Shown here in pieces: positions 47,600-56,705 of a DNA stretch of 64,000 nt. This DNA is from Thermoanaerobaculia bacterium (GTDB lineage Bacteria; Acidobacteriota; Thermoanaerobaculia; Gp7-AA8): the NCBI GenBank assembly GCA_035468985.1, contig DATISF010000043.1, positions 13,590-77,589 of the forward strand, written 5' to 3'. The stretch's first letter is position 1; each line of letters opens with the position of its first letter. The position numbers were made by a program, and so were the translations under genes. Below the pieces are notes generated by a model. It had not been told where the DNA came from. It saw nothing but the letters and a program-made list of their open reading frames with translations, and did no database searches.

Positions 47600-50500
47600 A
47601 TGAGACGCATTCGCATCGCGGTCACCATGTGTGCCGCGATCAGCATCGCAGCCGTCGCTTACGGCGTCTGTCCGACCATCACGCTCGGGCCGCGCTTCCT
47701 CTCTGATGCCACGCTGGGCCAGCCGTACTCGCAGCTCCTCACGCAGAGCGGCGCGGCGGTGCCCTTCACCTACGCCATCGTTTCGGGAGCGCTCCCGACG
47801 GGAATGCGCCTCAACCTCGACCGCATCGAAGGATCTCCTGCGGCAGCCGGTACCTTCACGTTCGATATCAAGCTGACCGACACGAATGGCTGCACCGGCG
47901 TGAAGACGTACACGCTCAAGGTCAACGATCCGAACGGACCGACCTGCACGCCGCTCACGATCTCGCCCGGTACGCTTCCGCCCGGAGGGGTCGGACAGCT
48001 TTACAGCCAGAAGATCGTCGCCATCGGCGGCCAGGGTCCCTATTCGTTCACGATCAGGAGCGGCGACTTCCCGAGCGGCCTCGCTCTCTCCGGAAATCTG
48101 ATCACCGGCTTCCCGAGCCGGGCCGGCACTTTCTCTTTCGATCTCGGCGTCATCGACGCGAAATCGTGTCCGGGCACGCAGCACTATGACCTGCAGATCG
48201 TCGATGCCGGATGCCCGACGGACGCTCCCGTGATCCTCGCGCCCGCTGACGGCGCGACGGCCGACGGCACTCGCCCGATCGCGTTCTCCTGGACCGGCAT
48301 CGCCGGAGCAACCGGGTACGAGGTCCTCGCCTCGACCGACAATGGCGCGACGTTCAGCACGGTCGCCACGATCTCCGATCCGACCGTGAGCAACGCAAAT
48401 GTGTCTCTCACGAAAGGCGCATACCTCATCGTCGTGCGCGCGATCATCAGTCCGACGTGCTCGACACGTTCGGGACCGATCAAGCTGACGGTCGGCGTTC
48501 CGCAGCCGCAGTGTGGAACCGGCAGCATCGATCTCAGCGCACCCTCGAATGGCACGACGAGCTCGTCGCCGGTTCGCTTCGCGTGGTCGGCGCTCACCGG
48601 AGCGAAGGCGTATCGACTCTGGTTCGGCGTCGACGGCGTGGCACCGACGATCATCGCGCGGACGACGGACACGAGCGTCTCGCAGTCCCTGCCGAGCGGC
48701 TCGGCGACCTGGTTCGTCGAGGCGCTCTTCGACGATTGCCCGTCGATCTTCTCCGGCCGCGGCACATTCACCGTCTCGAAGTCGGCGAGCTGCAGCAGCG
48801 AGGCGGCCACGCTCGTCTCGCCGTCAGGCGCCACCGTCCTCAGTCCGCTCACGCTCGACTGGAACGAGGTCGCGGGAGCGATCGGCTATCGCATCTGGGT
48901 CGGCTCCGCCGGCCAGTTCGTCCAGGCCGGCTTCACCGTCCTGACGCAGATGAAGGTGTCGCTCGCGCCGGGAGCGTACTCCTGGTACGTCGACACGCTG
49001 TTCAGCGGATGCCCCGCCATCCCGTCGCAGCCGGCGACCTTCACGATTCCCGATGCAGGCACGAGCTGCAGCGGCCAGGCTCCGTCGATCATCACGCCGG
49101 CACCGGGTTCGACCGCGCCATCCCCTGTGACATTCAGCTGGACGCCGGTGGCCGCCGCCACGCAGTACCGCGTCTTCGCTTCGCTCAACGGCGGAAGCCT
49201 GCAACTCCTCGGCTCGACGGCAGACACGACCCTGAAGATCTCCCTTCCGCCCGGAGATATCGTCTGGCTCGTCGAGGCGACGTTCAAAGGCTGTCCGGCA
49301 ACGCGTTCCGCCGCGGGCCGGTTTACCGTTCCACGCGCGGCCAACTGTCCGACGGGCAAACCGCAACTGATCTCACCCTCCGATGGAGCGGACAACGTAA
49401 CCAGTCCTGTGACTCTGTCGTGGTCCCCGGTGAGCAATGCCCTTCGCTACATCGTCGTCACCCGCGCGCGCAACGGCGCGCCCACCGTCCTCGGCGAAAC
49501 GGCTGCAACGCAACTGCAGCGCGACCTTCCCGCCGAATCGGTCGAATGGTACGTGATTGCTCTCGGAGCGGGATGCGATCCCGTGCTCTCGGACAAGGCC
49601 ACGTTCACCATCCCCGTTCCGCCGGGATGCACGACCCGTCGTCCGCACCCGCTCGCTCCCGCGGACGACTCGATCAACATCGCGTCGCCGGTTCACTTCG
49701 CATGGACGAAGTCACCGGGCGCCTCTTTTTATCGCCTCTTTGCGGGCGCGCCGGGCGAAGAGCCGTTGCTCGTTGGAACCACGAACATCACGGAATTCAC
49801 GGCGGCAATGCCGGCCGGGCCGACTCGCTGGTTCGTTCAGGCCGTGTTCGACTCATGCCCGTCGCTCTTCTCGGCGCGCAACGACGTGACGGTGGCCTCG
49901 AAGCCCGCTGCCTGCACGACTCCCGAGCGGCCGGTCGCGCATGTCGTCGCGCAGGTCCTTTCCGGCTCCGAATACAACACCCGCTGGACAGGCGTGACCA
50001 ACACCAGCGTGTATGAGGTGCAGGAATCGCCGAAAGCCGACTTCTCCAACGCGACGACGCAGACCTTGACCGGCGTGAGCGCGACGTTCTCGCACACCGT
50101 GACCACTCCGGCCGTTTTCTACTATCGCGTTCGCGCCATCAGCTCGTGCAGCGATGATCGCAGCGCGTTCTCGAGGGCTGTCTCCACGCGCGTCATCCCG
50201 CCGAATACGCGCGACGCCAAAACGCGCGGCACGGTTGAAATGGGCGCGCAGAACCTCGTGGTGCAGACTCTTACGATCCCCGGTTCGTCGACGCAAACGA
50301 GTTTCGTCGCCACGACGGACAAGCCCTGGCTCACGGTCTCTCCGTCGTCCGGCGCCGTCCCTCCGGGCGGCGTGACGCTGAACGTCCTCTCCGATCCGAA
50401 GGCCCTCAACGTGGGCGCAAACCAGGGAACCGTTCGAATCACGTACGCGCAGCCGGGCGGCAGCGGCATCGAGCCGAATGCCACCACGCCGCCGACGGCG

Positions 50501-51997
50501 ATCCCGATCTCGATCAGCCTCGTCACGCCGGTCGCACCCGACACGAAGGCATCGCCACCGCCCGACTCGCTGATCATCCCCGCCGTTGCCCATGCCGCCG
50601 GCGCGAATCAATCGCAGTTCCAGTCGGACGTCCGGCTGGCGAACCTCTCCTCGCAGGCGCAGAGCTATCTCATCAACTTCACGCCGACGGCGACGGACGG
50701 AACACAAACCGGCACGACGACGACGATCCAGGTCGATCCCGGCCAGACCGCGGCGCTCGACGACCTGCTGTCCAGCTTCTTCGGCACCGCCGCGGATGGC
50801 AGCGCGGCGGGCATGCTCGAGATCCGGCCGATCGCCACCACTTCGTCATCGAGCATCTTCAGCGCCGTTCCGAACAGCGCGCTTGCCAGCATCGCCTCGA
50901 GCCGCACCTACAACGTCACATCGCAGGGAACGTTCGGCCAGTTCATCCCGGCCGTCCCGTTCTCGCAGTTCGTCGGGAAGGGCAGCATCCTCTCCCTGCA
51001 GCAGATCGCACAATCGTCCGCGTACCGGACGAACTTCGGGCTGCTCGAGGCCTCGGGCGAGCCCGCGACGGTCGTCCTGCACGTCTACGACAAGTCCGGC
51101 AATCTGCTCGCCGACATCCCCGAGTCGCTCCTGCCCTCCGAGCACCTGGCGCTCAACGGACTGCTCTCCGCGAACAACATCACGCTCGACGACGGCCGTG
51201 TGGAAGTCGAAGTCACCTCCTCGACGGGCAAGGTGTCCGCGTACGCATCGGTTCTCGACAACCTGTCGAACGATCCGCTGCTCGTTTCGCCGGTCCTGAA
51301 GTCGGCCGTGTCGTCGAATCGGTACACGATCCCGGGCGTCGCCTACACGAACGGAATCGCGAACTGGCGCAGCGACGTCCGCCTCTACAACGCCGGAGCG
51401 AACAGCGTAAGCGCCACCCTCTTGTTCTATCCGCAGGGCGCACCTGCCTCGCCGCAGGCACGCACGGTCAACATTGCGGCCGGGGAGACCAAGGGCCTCG
51501 ACAACATTCTCAACACGACCTTCGGCATCACCGATCCGAGCGCGGGCGGTTCGATTCTCGTGACCACGCCTTCGGCAAGCAGCATCATCGCCAGCGCCCG
51601 CACCTACACGCCGGTCGATGTCGGAACGGTGGGACAGTTCATCCCGGCAGTCACCGCGGCCGATTCCGTCGGCGCCGGCGATCGTTCGCTGCAACTCCTG
51701 CAACTCGAGAGCTCGGATGCGTTCCGCACCAACATCGGACTCGTCGAGACCACGGGGAGCTCAGCCGTTGCCGAAGTGTCACTGATTCTGCCCGATTCGA
51801 AGGTCACTCCCGTGATCTCCTTCACACTCGCCGCGAACGAATTCGTGCAATTTCCACTTTCCGCATTTGGACTCACGGACTCGATTTACAACGCGCGTGT
51901 ATCCATCCATGTCATAGACGGAAGTGGGAAAGTAGCAGCGTATGGCTCTTTGGTCGACAATCTCAGCAAGGACCCGACTTATGTTCCGGCTCAATAA
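47600..51997 (+). CDS. giant secreted multidomain protein: 2 putative-Ig (He_PIG-like), 7 Cys-bracketed FN3-like repeats, BACON-like domain, 2 copies of an unassigned ~220-aa module
   Basis: 1465 aa. Signal peptide. LP.G..L repeats. ~90-aa repeats with C...F.W...Y.V...W.V.A.F..C. Tail repeats carry SDVRL.N, GT.GQFIPAV, FRTN.GLVE, GKV.AY.S..DN. Ends DPTYVPAQ. Confidence 0.7.
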   Translation: MRRIRIAVTMCAAISIAAVAYGVCPTITLGPRFLSDATLGQPYSQLLTQSGAAVPFTYAIVSGALPTGMRLNLDRIEGSPAAAGTFTFDIKLTDTNGCTGVKTYTLKVNDPNGPTCTPLTISPGTLPPGGVGQLYSQKIVAIGGQGPYSFTIRSGDFPSGLALSGNLITGFPSRAGTFSFDLGVIDAKSCPGTQHYDLQIVDAGCPTDAPVILAPADGATADGTRPIAFSWTGIAGATGYEVLASTDNGATFSTVATISDPTVSNANVSLTKGAYLIVVRAIISPTCSTRSGPIKLTVGVPQPQCGTGSIDLSAPSNGTTSSSPVRFAWSALTGAKAYRLWFGVDGVAPTIIARTTDTSVSQSLPSGSATWFVEALFDDCPSIFSGRGTFTVSKSASCSSEAATLVSPSGATVLSPLTLDWNEVAGAIGYRIWVGSAGQFVQAGFTVLTQMKVSLAPGAYSWYVDTLFSGCPAIPSQPATFTIPDAGTSCSGQAPSIITPAPGSTAPSPVTFSWTPVAAATQYRVFASLNGGSLQLLGSTADTTLKISLPPGDIVWLVEATFKGCPATRSAAGRFTVPRAANCPTGKPQLISPSDGADNVTSPVTLSWSPVSNALRYIVVTRARNGAPTVLGETAATQLQRDLPAESVEWYVIALGAGCDPVLSDKATFTIPVPPGCTTRRPHPLAPADDSINIASPVHFAWTKSPGASFYRLFAGAPGEEPLLVGTTNITEFTAAMPAGPTRWFVQAVFDSCPSLFSARNDVTVASKPAACTTPERPVAHVVAQVLSGSEYNTRWTGVTNTSVYEVQESPKADFSNATTQTLTGVSATFSHTVTTPAVFYYRVRAISSCSDDRSAFSRAVSTRVIPPNTRDAKTRGTVEMGAQNLVVQTLTIPGSSTQTSFVATTDKPWLTVSPSSGAVPPGGVTLNVLSDPKALNVGANQGTVRITYAQPGGSGIEPNATTPPTAIPISISLVTPVAPDTKASPPPDSLIIPAVAHAAGANQSQFQSDVRLANLSSQAQSYLINFTPTATDGTQTGTTTTIQVDPGQTAALDDLLSSFFGTAADGSAAGMLEIRPIATTSSSSIFSAVPNSALASIASSRTYNVTSQGTFGQFIPAVPFSQFVGKGSILSLQQIAQSSAYRTNFGLLEASGEPATVVLHVYDKSGNLLADIPESLLPSEHLALNGLLSANNITLDDGRVEVEVTSSTGKVSAYASVLDNLSNDPLLVSPVLKSAVSSNRYTIPGVAYTNGIANWRSDVRLYNAGANSVSATLLFYPQGAPASPQARTVNIAAGETKGLDNILNTTFGITDPSAGGSILVTTPSASSIIASARTYTPVDVGTVGQFIPAVTAADSVGAGDRSLQLLQLESSDAFRTNIGLVETTGSSAVAEVSLILPDSKVTPVISFTLAANEFVQFPLSAFGLTDSIYNARVSIHVIDGSGKVAAYGSLVDNLSKDPTYVPAQ

Positions 51998-54900
51998 GCG
52001 GAGCGCCGTATTTGCGGCGCTCGTCGCGCTGGCCCTGTTCGCGGCGCCCGGTTACGCACAGTGCCCGCTGGCGGCACCGACCCCGGTCTCGCCGGCCAAC
52101 GGCGCGACAGGAGTCCAGAGCAGCGTGACGTTCACCTGGACCGCGGTTCAGGGTGCGACCAGCTACGAGGTCTGGGCATCGGCCGACGGCGTCAACTTCG
52201 TCCAACTGGGCACTTCGAGCACGACGACACTGATTTCCGACATCTACAGCGGAATCAACGTCGAGTGGTACGTCGTCTCGGTCAACAGCAGCTGCAAGAG
52301 CCTCGAGTCATTCCACTTCCGATTCAGCACGGGCGGATGCACCGGTCCGGCGACCGATCTGATCTTTCCCGAGGACGGCAATACCTTCGTCTCCTCGCCC
52401 GTCCGTTTCTTCTGGAGCTCCGTGCCTTCCGCGGACTTCTACCGGTTGTGGATCAACCAGTGGGATGCTGACGCCAAGGAATGGCTCGGCTGGGAATATT
52501 GGGACGAGACGTACCGGACCGAGTCGCGGATCTACCTCGAGCCGAGGTATTACGCATGGGAGATCGAGACGGTATTCGCGGACTGCGACTCCAACTACTC
52601 CGAACCCAATATCTTTCTGGTTCCGCAGGCGGCGAACTGCCCGACGGAAAAGCCGAAGATCCTGACGCCGGCCAGCGGAAGCTCGACGAAGTCGCCGGTG
52701 ACGCTGTCGTGGTCCGCACTGCCGGGCGCGATCAACTACGAGGTGTGGGCGTCGCTCGATAACGGCGATCTGCAATTCGTCGATGAGACGCCGTCGAATT
52801 CGATGGTGGTCTACGTCGGCTACGGACACGTCGAATGGCTCGTGGTCGCCCAGTTCAACGGATGCAACGACGCGATCTCTGACACCGCGACGTTCGATGT
52901 CGCGTACGACCCGGCGTGCGATCACTACGCGCCATACCCCATCGTTCCCGCTTACGGCGTGAACAACGCACCGACAAGGCTCGACTTCGTGTGGACTCCG
53001 GTCGACGGAGCCTCGCGCTACAACGTCTGGGCGTCGGTGAATGAAGGTGACGCCTTCATCGTCGGTTCAACCACCAACACGCGGCTGTCGGCGGATGTCC
53101 AGGCCGGAGTGATCGCCTGGGCCGTGGAAGCCGAATTCAACGGCTGCTCGCCGACGCTGTCGCCGGTCTCGGTCTTTGTGGCCGAGAACGCCACGGCCTG
53201 CACTCCACCGGCCGCGCCGGACATCTACATCAGTCCAGCCGCGACATCGGGCGACCAGTTCTTCATCCTCTGGAGCCCGGGCACCAACACGTCCGGGTTC
53301 GAGCTGCAGGAATCGACCGATCCATCATTTGCCGGCGCGAACACGCGCGCAGTGAACGATGTCCTCATCGGACTGAGCCATCAGGTCACCACGCCGACGC
53401 GCTACTACTATCGCGTCCGATCGAAGAGCAACTGCAACGCTGGCGACGGACCGTACTCCGATGCCGCATCGATCGTCGTGCAGCCGCTCGTCGCGCAGAC
53501 CGGCGACCGCGCCGGAACGATCGCCGCGTACGGAACGCAGGCGGGCGTCATTCAGAAGATTCACATCCCCGGATCGGCCAGCGGGCCGAGCGCCGAATCG
53601 CGTGGACTCGCGCAAGGCTTCACGGCCACGGCCGACGAACCATGGATCACCATCACTCCGTCGAGCGGCACGATTCCGCCCGAGGGAATCGATCTCACGA
53701 TCACCAGCGATCCCCGCAAGCTGGCGGTCGGGACGAGCACCGCCACCGTCCGCATCACCACGACCGCCTCGGCCGGAACGCCGACGTCGGTTCCCGTCTC
53801 GATCAGTCTCGTCACGCCGGTGTCGCCCGATGCCGGAACCTCTCCGCAGCCGAATTCGCTGATCATCCCCGCCGTCGGCCACGCCGCCGGCGCCGGAACG
53901 ACGTTCGAGTCGGACGTGCGCATCACCAACACCTCCGCGCAGGCGATGAAGTACCTGCTCAACTTCACGCCGACCCGGTCCGACGGCACGAAGAGCGGCC
54001 AGCAGGCCACGATCCAGATCGATGCCGGAGAGACCACCGCGCTCAACGACATCCTGAAGAACTTCTTCGGCTTCGCGGGCGCGAACGACAGCGTTCTCGG
54101 CGTTCTGGAGATCCGCCCGATCTCTTCGGTCTCTTCGTCCAACGGCTCGCAGGGCAACGTCACGTTCGCGTCGAGCCGCACGTTCGCAGTCGCTCCCCAG
54201 GGAACATACGGACAGTACATCCCCGCGATTCCGTTCTCGTCATTCATCGGACGAGACTCGCGTATCACGCTCTCGCAGATCGCCAACGCCGGCGGATATC
54301 GCACCAACCTCGGCCTCGTCGAGGCGGCCGGCGAATCGGCCACCGTTCACTTCACGGTTCGCAATGCCGCGGGCGCGGTCGTTTCGGAATTCGACAAGAA
54401 CCTCATGCCCGGCGAGCACCAGCAGTTCGCGCTCGATTCGCCCGTCGACAACGGCCGGATCGAGGCGACGGTGACCTCGCTGTCCGGAAAGGTGACCGCG
54501 TACGCTTCCGTCGTCGACAACAAGACCAATGACCCGATGCTGATCCTGCCGGTGAATACGGCAAACATCTCCGCGAGTCGTTACGTTCTGCCGGGGATGG
54601 CGCAGACCTCGGGCGCCACGAACTGGCGCAGCGACGTCCGCCTCCTGAACGCCGGTTCGTCACCCGCGCAGGCAACGATCTCGTTCTACACCATCGGCAG
54701 CACGACCCCCGAAACGGTGACCAGGACGATCGAGGCCGGGCAGATGCTCGTGTTCGACGAGGCCCTCCGATCGTTGTTTGGAAAATCGAACGACGCGGGC
54801 GCGATTGTCGTCGGCACGACATCCGACTCGAAGATCGTCGCATCGGCGCGAACGTACAATCAGACGGCGACCGGAACGTACGGCCAGTTCATCCCTGGCC

Positions 54901-55250
54901 TCACGGCCGGCGATGGCGTCGGCAAGGATGACCGCGCGCTGCAGGTGCTGCAGGTGGAGTCGTCCGATCGTTTCCGCACGAATCTCGGTCTGGTCGAGCT
55001 GACCGGCAAAGAGGTGAACCTCGAGATCGCCGCCTACACGCCCGACTCGAAGGTGTCGGTGTATATACCGTGGCACCTCGGCCCGAACGAATTCGTTCAG
55101 ATCAACGACATCCTGGGGCGCATGGGCATCCCGAAGGCCTACAACGCCCGCATCTCGATGAGGGTCACCGGTGGCGACGGCAAGATCAGCGGTTACGCAT
55201 CGCTCATCGATAACCGCACGCAGGATCCGACCTACGTGCCCGCTCAGTAA
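51981..55250 (+). CDS. giant secreted paralog of the preceding gene (5 FN3-like Cys repeats, BACON-like, 2 copies of the same C-terminal module)
   Basis: Signal peptide MFRLNKRSAVFAALVALALFAAPGYAQ. Repeat PQAANCPTEKPKILTPASG nearly identical to PRAANCPTGKPQLISPSDG in the upstream gene. Ends DPTYVPAQ. Start overlaps the upstream gene's last 17 bp. Confidence 0.7.
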   Translation: MFRLNKRSAVFAALVALALFAAPGYAQCPLAAPTPVSPANGATGVQSSVTFTWTAVQGATSYEVWASADGVNFVQLGTSSTTTLISDIYSGINVEWYVVSVNSSCKSLESFHFRFSTGGCTGPATDLIFPEDGNTFVSSPVRFFWSSVPSADFYRLWINQWDADAKEWLGWEYWDETYRTESRIYLEPRYYAWEIETVFADCDSNYSEPNIFLVPQAANCPTEKPKILTPASGSSTKSPVTLSWSALPGAINYEVWASLDNGDLQFVDETPSNSMVVYVGYGHVEWLVVAQFNGCNDAISDTATFDVAYDPACDHYAPYPIVPAYGVNNAPTRLDFVWTPVDGASRYNVWASVNEGDAFIVGSTTNTRLSADVQAGVIAWAVEAEFNGCSPTLSPVSVFVAENATACTPPAAPDIYISPAATSGDQFFILWSPGTNTSGFELQESTDPSFAGANTRAVNDVLIGLSHQVTTPTRYYYRVRSKSNCNAGDGPYSDAASIVVQPLVAQTGDRAGTIAAYGTQAGVIQKIHIPGSASGPSAESRGLAQGFTATADEPWITITPSSGTIPPEGIDLTITSDPRKLAVGTSTATVRITTTASAGTPTSVPVSISLVTPVSPDAGTSPQPNSLIIPAVGHAAGAGTTFESDVRITNTSAQAMKYLLNFTPTRSDGTKSGQQATIQIDAGETTALNDILKNFFGFAGANDSVLGVLEIRPISSVSSSNGSQGNVTFASSRTFAVAPQGTYGQYIPAIPFSSFIGRDSRITLSQIANAGGYRTNLGLVEAAGESATVHFTVRNAAGAVVSEFDKNLMPGEHQQFALDSPVDNGRIEATVTSLSGKVTAYASVVDNKTNDPMLILPVNTANISASRYVLPGMAQTSGATNWRSDVRLLNAGSSPAQATISFYTIGSTTPETVTRTIEAGQMLVFDEALRSLFGKSNDAGAIVVGTTSDSKIVASARTYNQTATGTYGQFIPGLTAGDGVGKDDRALQVLQVESSDRFRTNLGLVELTGKEVNLEIAAYTPDSKVSVYIPWHLGPNEFVQINDILGRMGIPKAYNARISMRVTGGDGKISGYASLIDNRTQDPTYVPAQ

Positions 55251-55304
55251 CGCGCCACGCCAGGTGTTCCTCCGTATAATGCCGCGCGCAATTCGGAGGA
55301 ACAC

Positions 55305-56705
55305 TTGGCAGATCAGCAATACGACGTGGTAGTGATCGGCAGCGGGCCGGGCGGATACGTGGCCGGGATTCGCGCCGGTCAGCTCGGGATGAAAGTCGCG
55401 GTGATCGAGAAGGATCCGTTCATCGGCGGCACCTGCACACACCGCGGATGCATCCCGACCAAAGCTCTTCTGGCGAACGCCGAAGTGTGGGACAAGATCC
55501 AGAAGGCAAAGGAGTTCGGGATCACGGTCGGCGACGTCCGGCTCGACTTCAAGGCCGGCCAGGATCGGAAGCAGGCCGTCGTCGACAAGAACGCGAAGGG
55601 CATCGAATTCCTCTTCAAGAAGAACAAGGTCGATCGCATCACCGGCTTCGGCAAGATCGCCGGCAAAGGCATCGTCGAGGTGCAGGGCGAGGGTGGCGCG
55701 CAGCGCCTCAACGCGAAGAACATCATCCTGGCGATGGGCTCGACACCGAAGGACCTTCCCCACATCAAAGCCGACGGCAAGCGGATCATCAATTCCGACC
55801 ACATCCTGAAGCTGGCCGAGGTCCCGAAGTCGATGCTGGTGATCGGCGCGGGAGCGGTCGGGTGCGAGTTCGCATCGATTTTCTCCCGCTTCGGCACGAA
55901 GACCACGATCGTCGAAGTCCTGCCGCAGCTCCTGCCCCTCGAGGATGAGGAGATCGCCAAGGAGTTCACCCGGAATTTCAAGAAGAAGGGGATCGACGTC
56001 TACACCGACGCCAAGGTCCTTTCGTGCGAGGTTGGTGCGAATGGCGTGAAGACGGTCGTCGAGACCAAGGGCAAACAGCAGACGATCGAGACCGAGATCG
56101 TGCTCTCCGCAACCGGCCGCCGCCCCGTCACCGAGAACTGCGGACTCGACAAGACGAAAGTGCAGCTCGATCAACGCGGTTTCGTGCAGGTCGACCCGTT
56201 CATGCGCACTGCCGAGCCGAATGTCTACGCCATCGGCGACATCGTCCCCACTCCCGCCCTCGCCCACTGCGCATCGGCGGAAGGCATCCTGGCCATCGAG
56301 CACATGAAGGGTCTCGACGTCCGTCCGATCAACTACGACCACGTCCCGAACTGCACGTACACCGATCCCGAAGTGGCGTCCGTCGGTCTGACCGAGAAAA
56401 AGGCCAGGGAGCGCGGCTACGACGTGAAAGTCGGTAAGTTCCCGTTCACCGCGAACTCGAAGGCCCGCATCATCGGCGAGTCGGGCGGTCTCGTGAAGAT
56501 CGTCTCCGACAAGAAATACGACGAGCTCCTCGGCATGCACATCTGCGGGCCGCACGCCACGGAGCTGATCGTCGAGGCGTGTGCGGCGCTGGAGCTCGAA
56601 GCGACCGCCGAGTCGATCGCCAAGACCATCCACGCCCATCCGACGCTCTCCGAGGCCATCATGGAAGCGGCCGAAGACGTGGCAGGGCATTCCATTCACC
56701 AGTGA
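55305..56705 (+). CDS. lpdA: dihydrolipoyl dehydrogenase (E3)
   Basis: GSGPGGY FAD motif. Redox disulfide GGTCTHRGCIPTK. His-Pro near the C-terminus. TTG start with GGAGGA SD. Confidence 0.9.
   Translation: MADQQYDVVVIGSGPGGYVAGIRAGQLGMKVAVIEKDPFIGGTCTHRGCIPTKALLANAEVWDKIQKAKEFGITVGDVRLDFKAGQDRKQAVVDKNAKGIEFLFKKNKVDRITGFGKIAGKGIVEVQGEGGAQRLNAKNIILAMGSTPKDLPHIKADGKRIINSDHILKLAEVPKSMLVIGAGAVGCEFASIFSRFGTKTTIVEVLPQLLPLEDEEIAKEFTRNFKKKGIDVYTDAKVLSCEVGANGVKTVVETKGKQQTIETEIVLSATGRRPVTENCGLDKTKVQLDQRGFVQVDPFMRTAEPNVYAIGDIVPTPALAHCASAEGILAIEHMKGLDVRPINYDHVPNCTYTDPEVASVGLTEKKARERGYDVKVGKFPFTANSKARIIGESGGLVKIVSDKKYDELLGMHICGPHATELIVEACAALELEATAESIAKTIHAHPTLSEAIMEAAEDVAGHSIHQ

Noticed and set aside
47510-48184. 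224-aa minus-strand ORF overlapping the start of the giant protein gene
   Set aside because: Antisense to a strongly supported signal-peptide/He_PIG N-terminus. Arg-rich, with no motifs.
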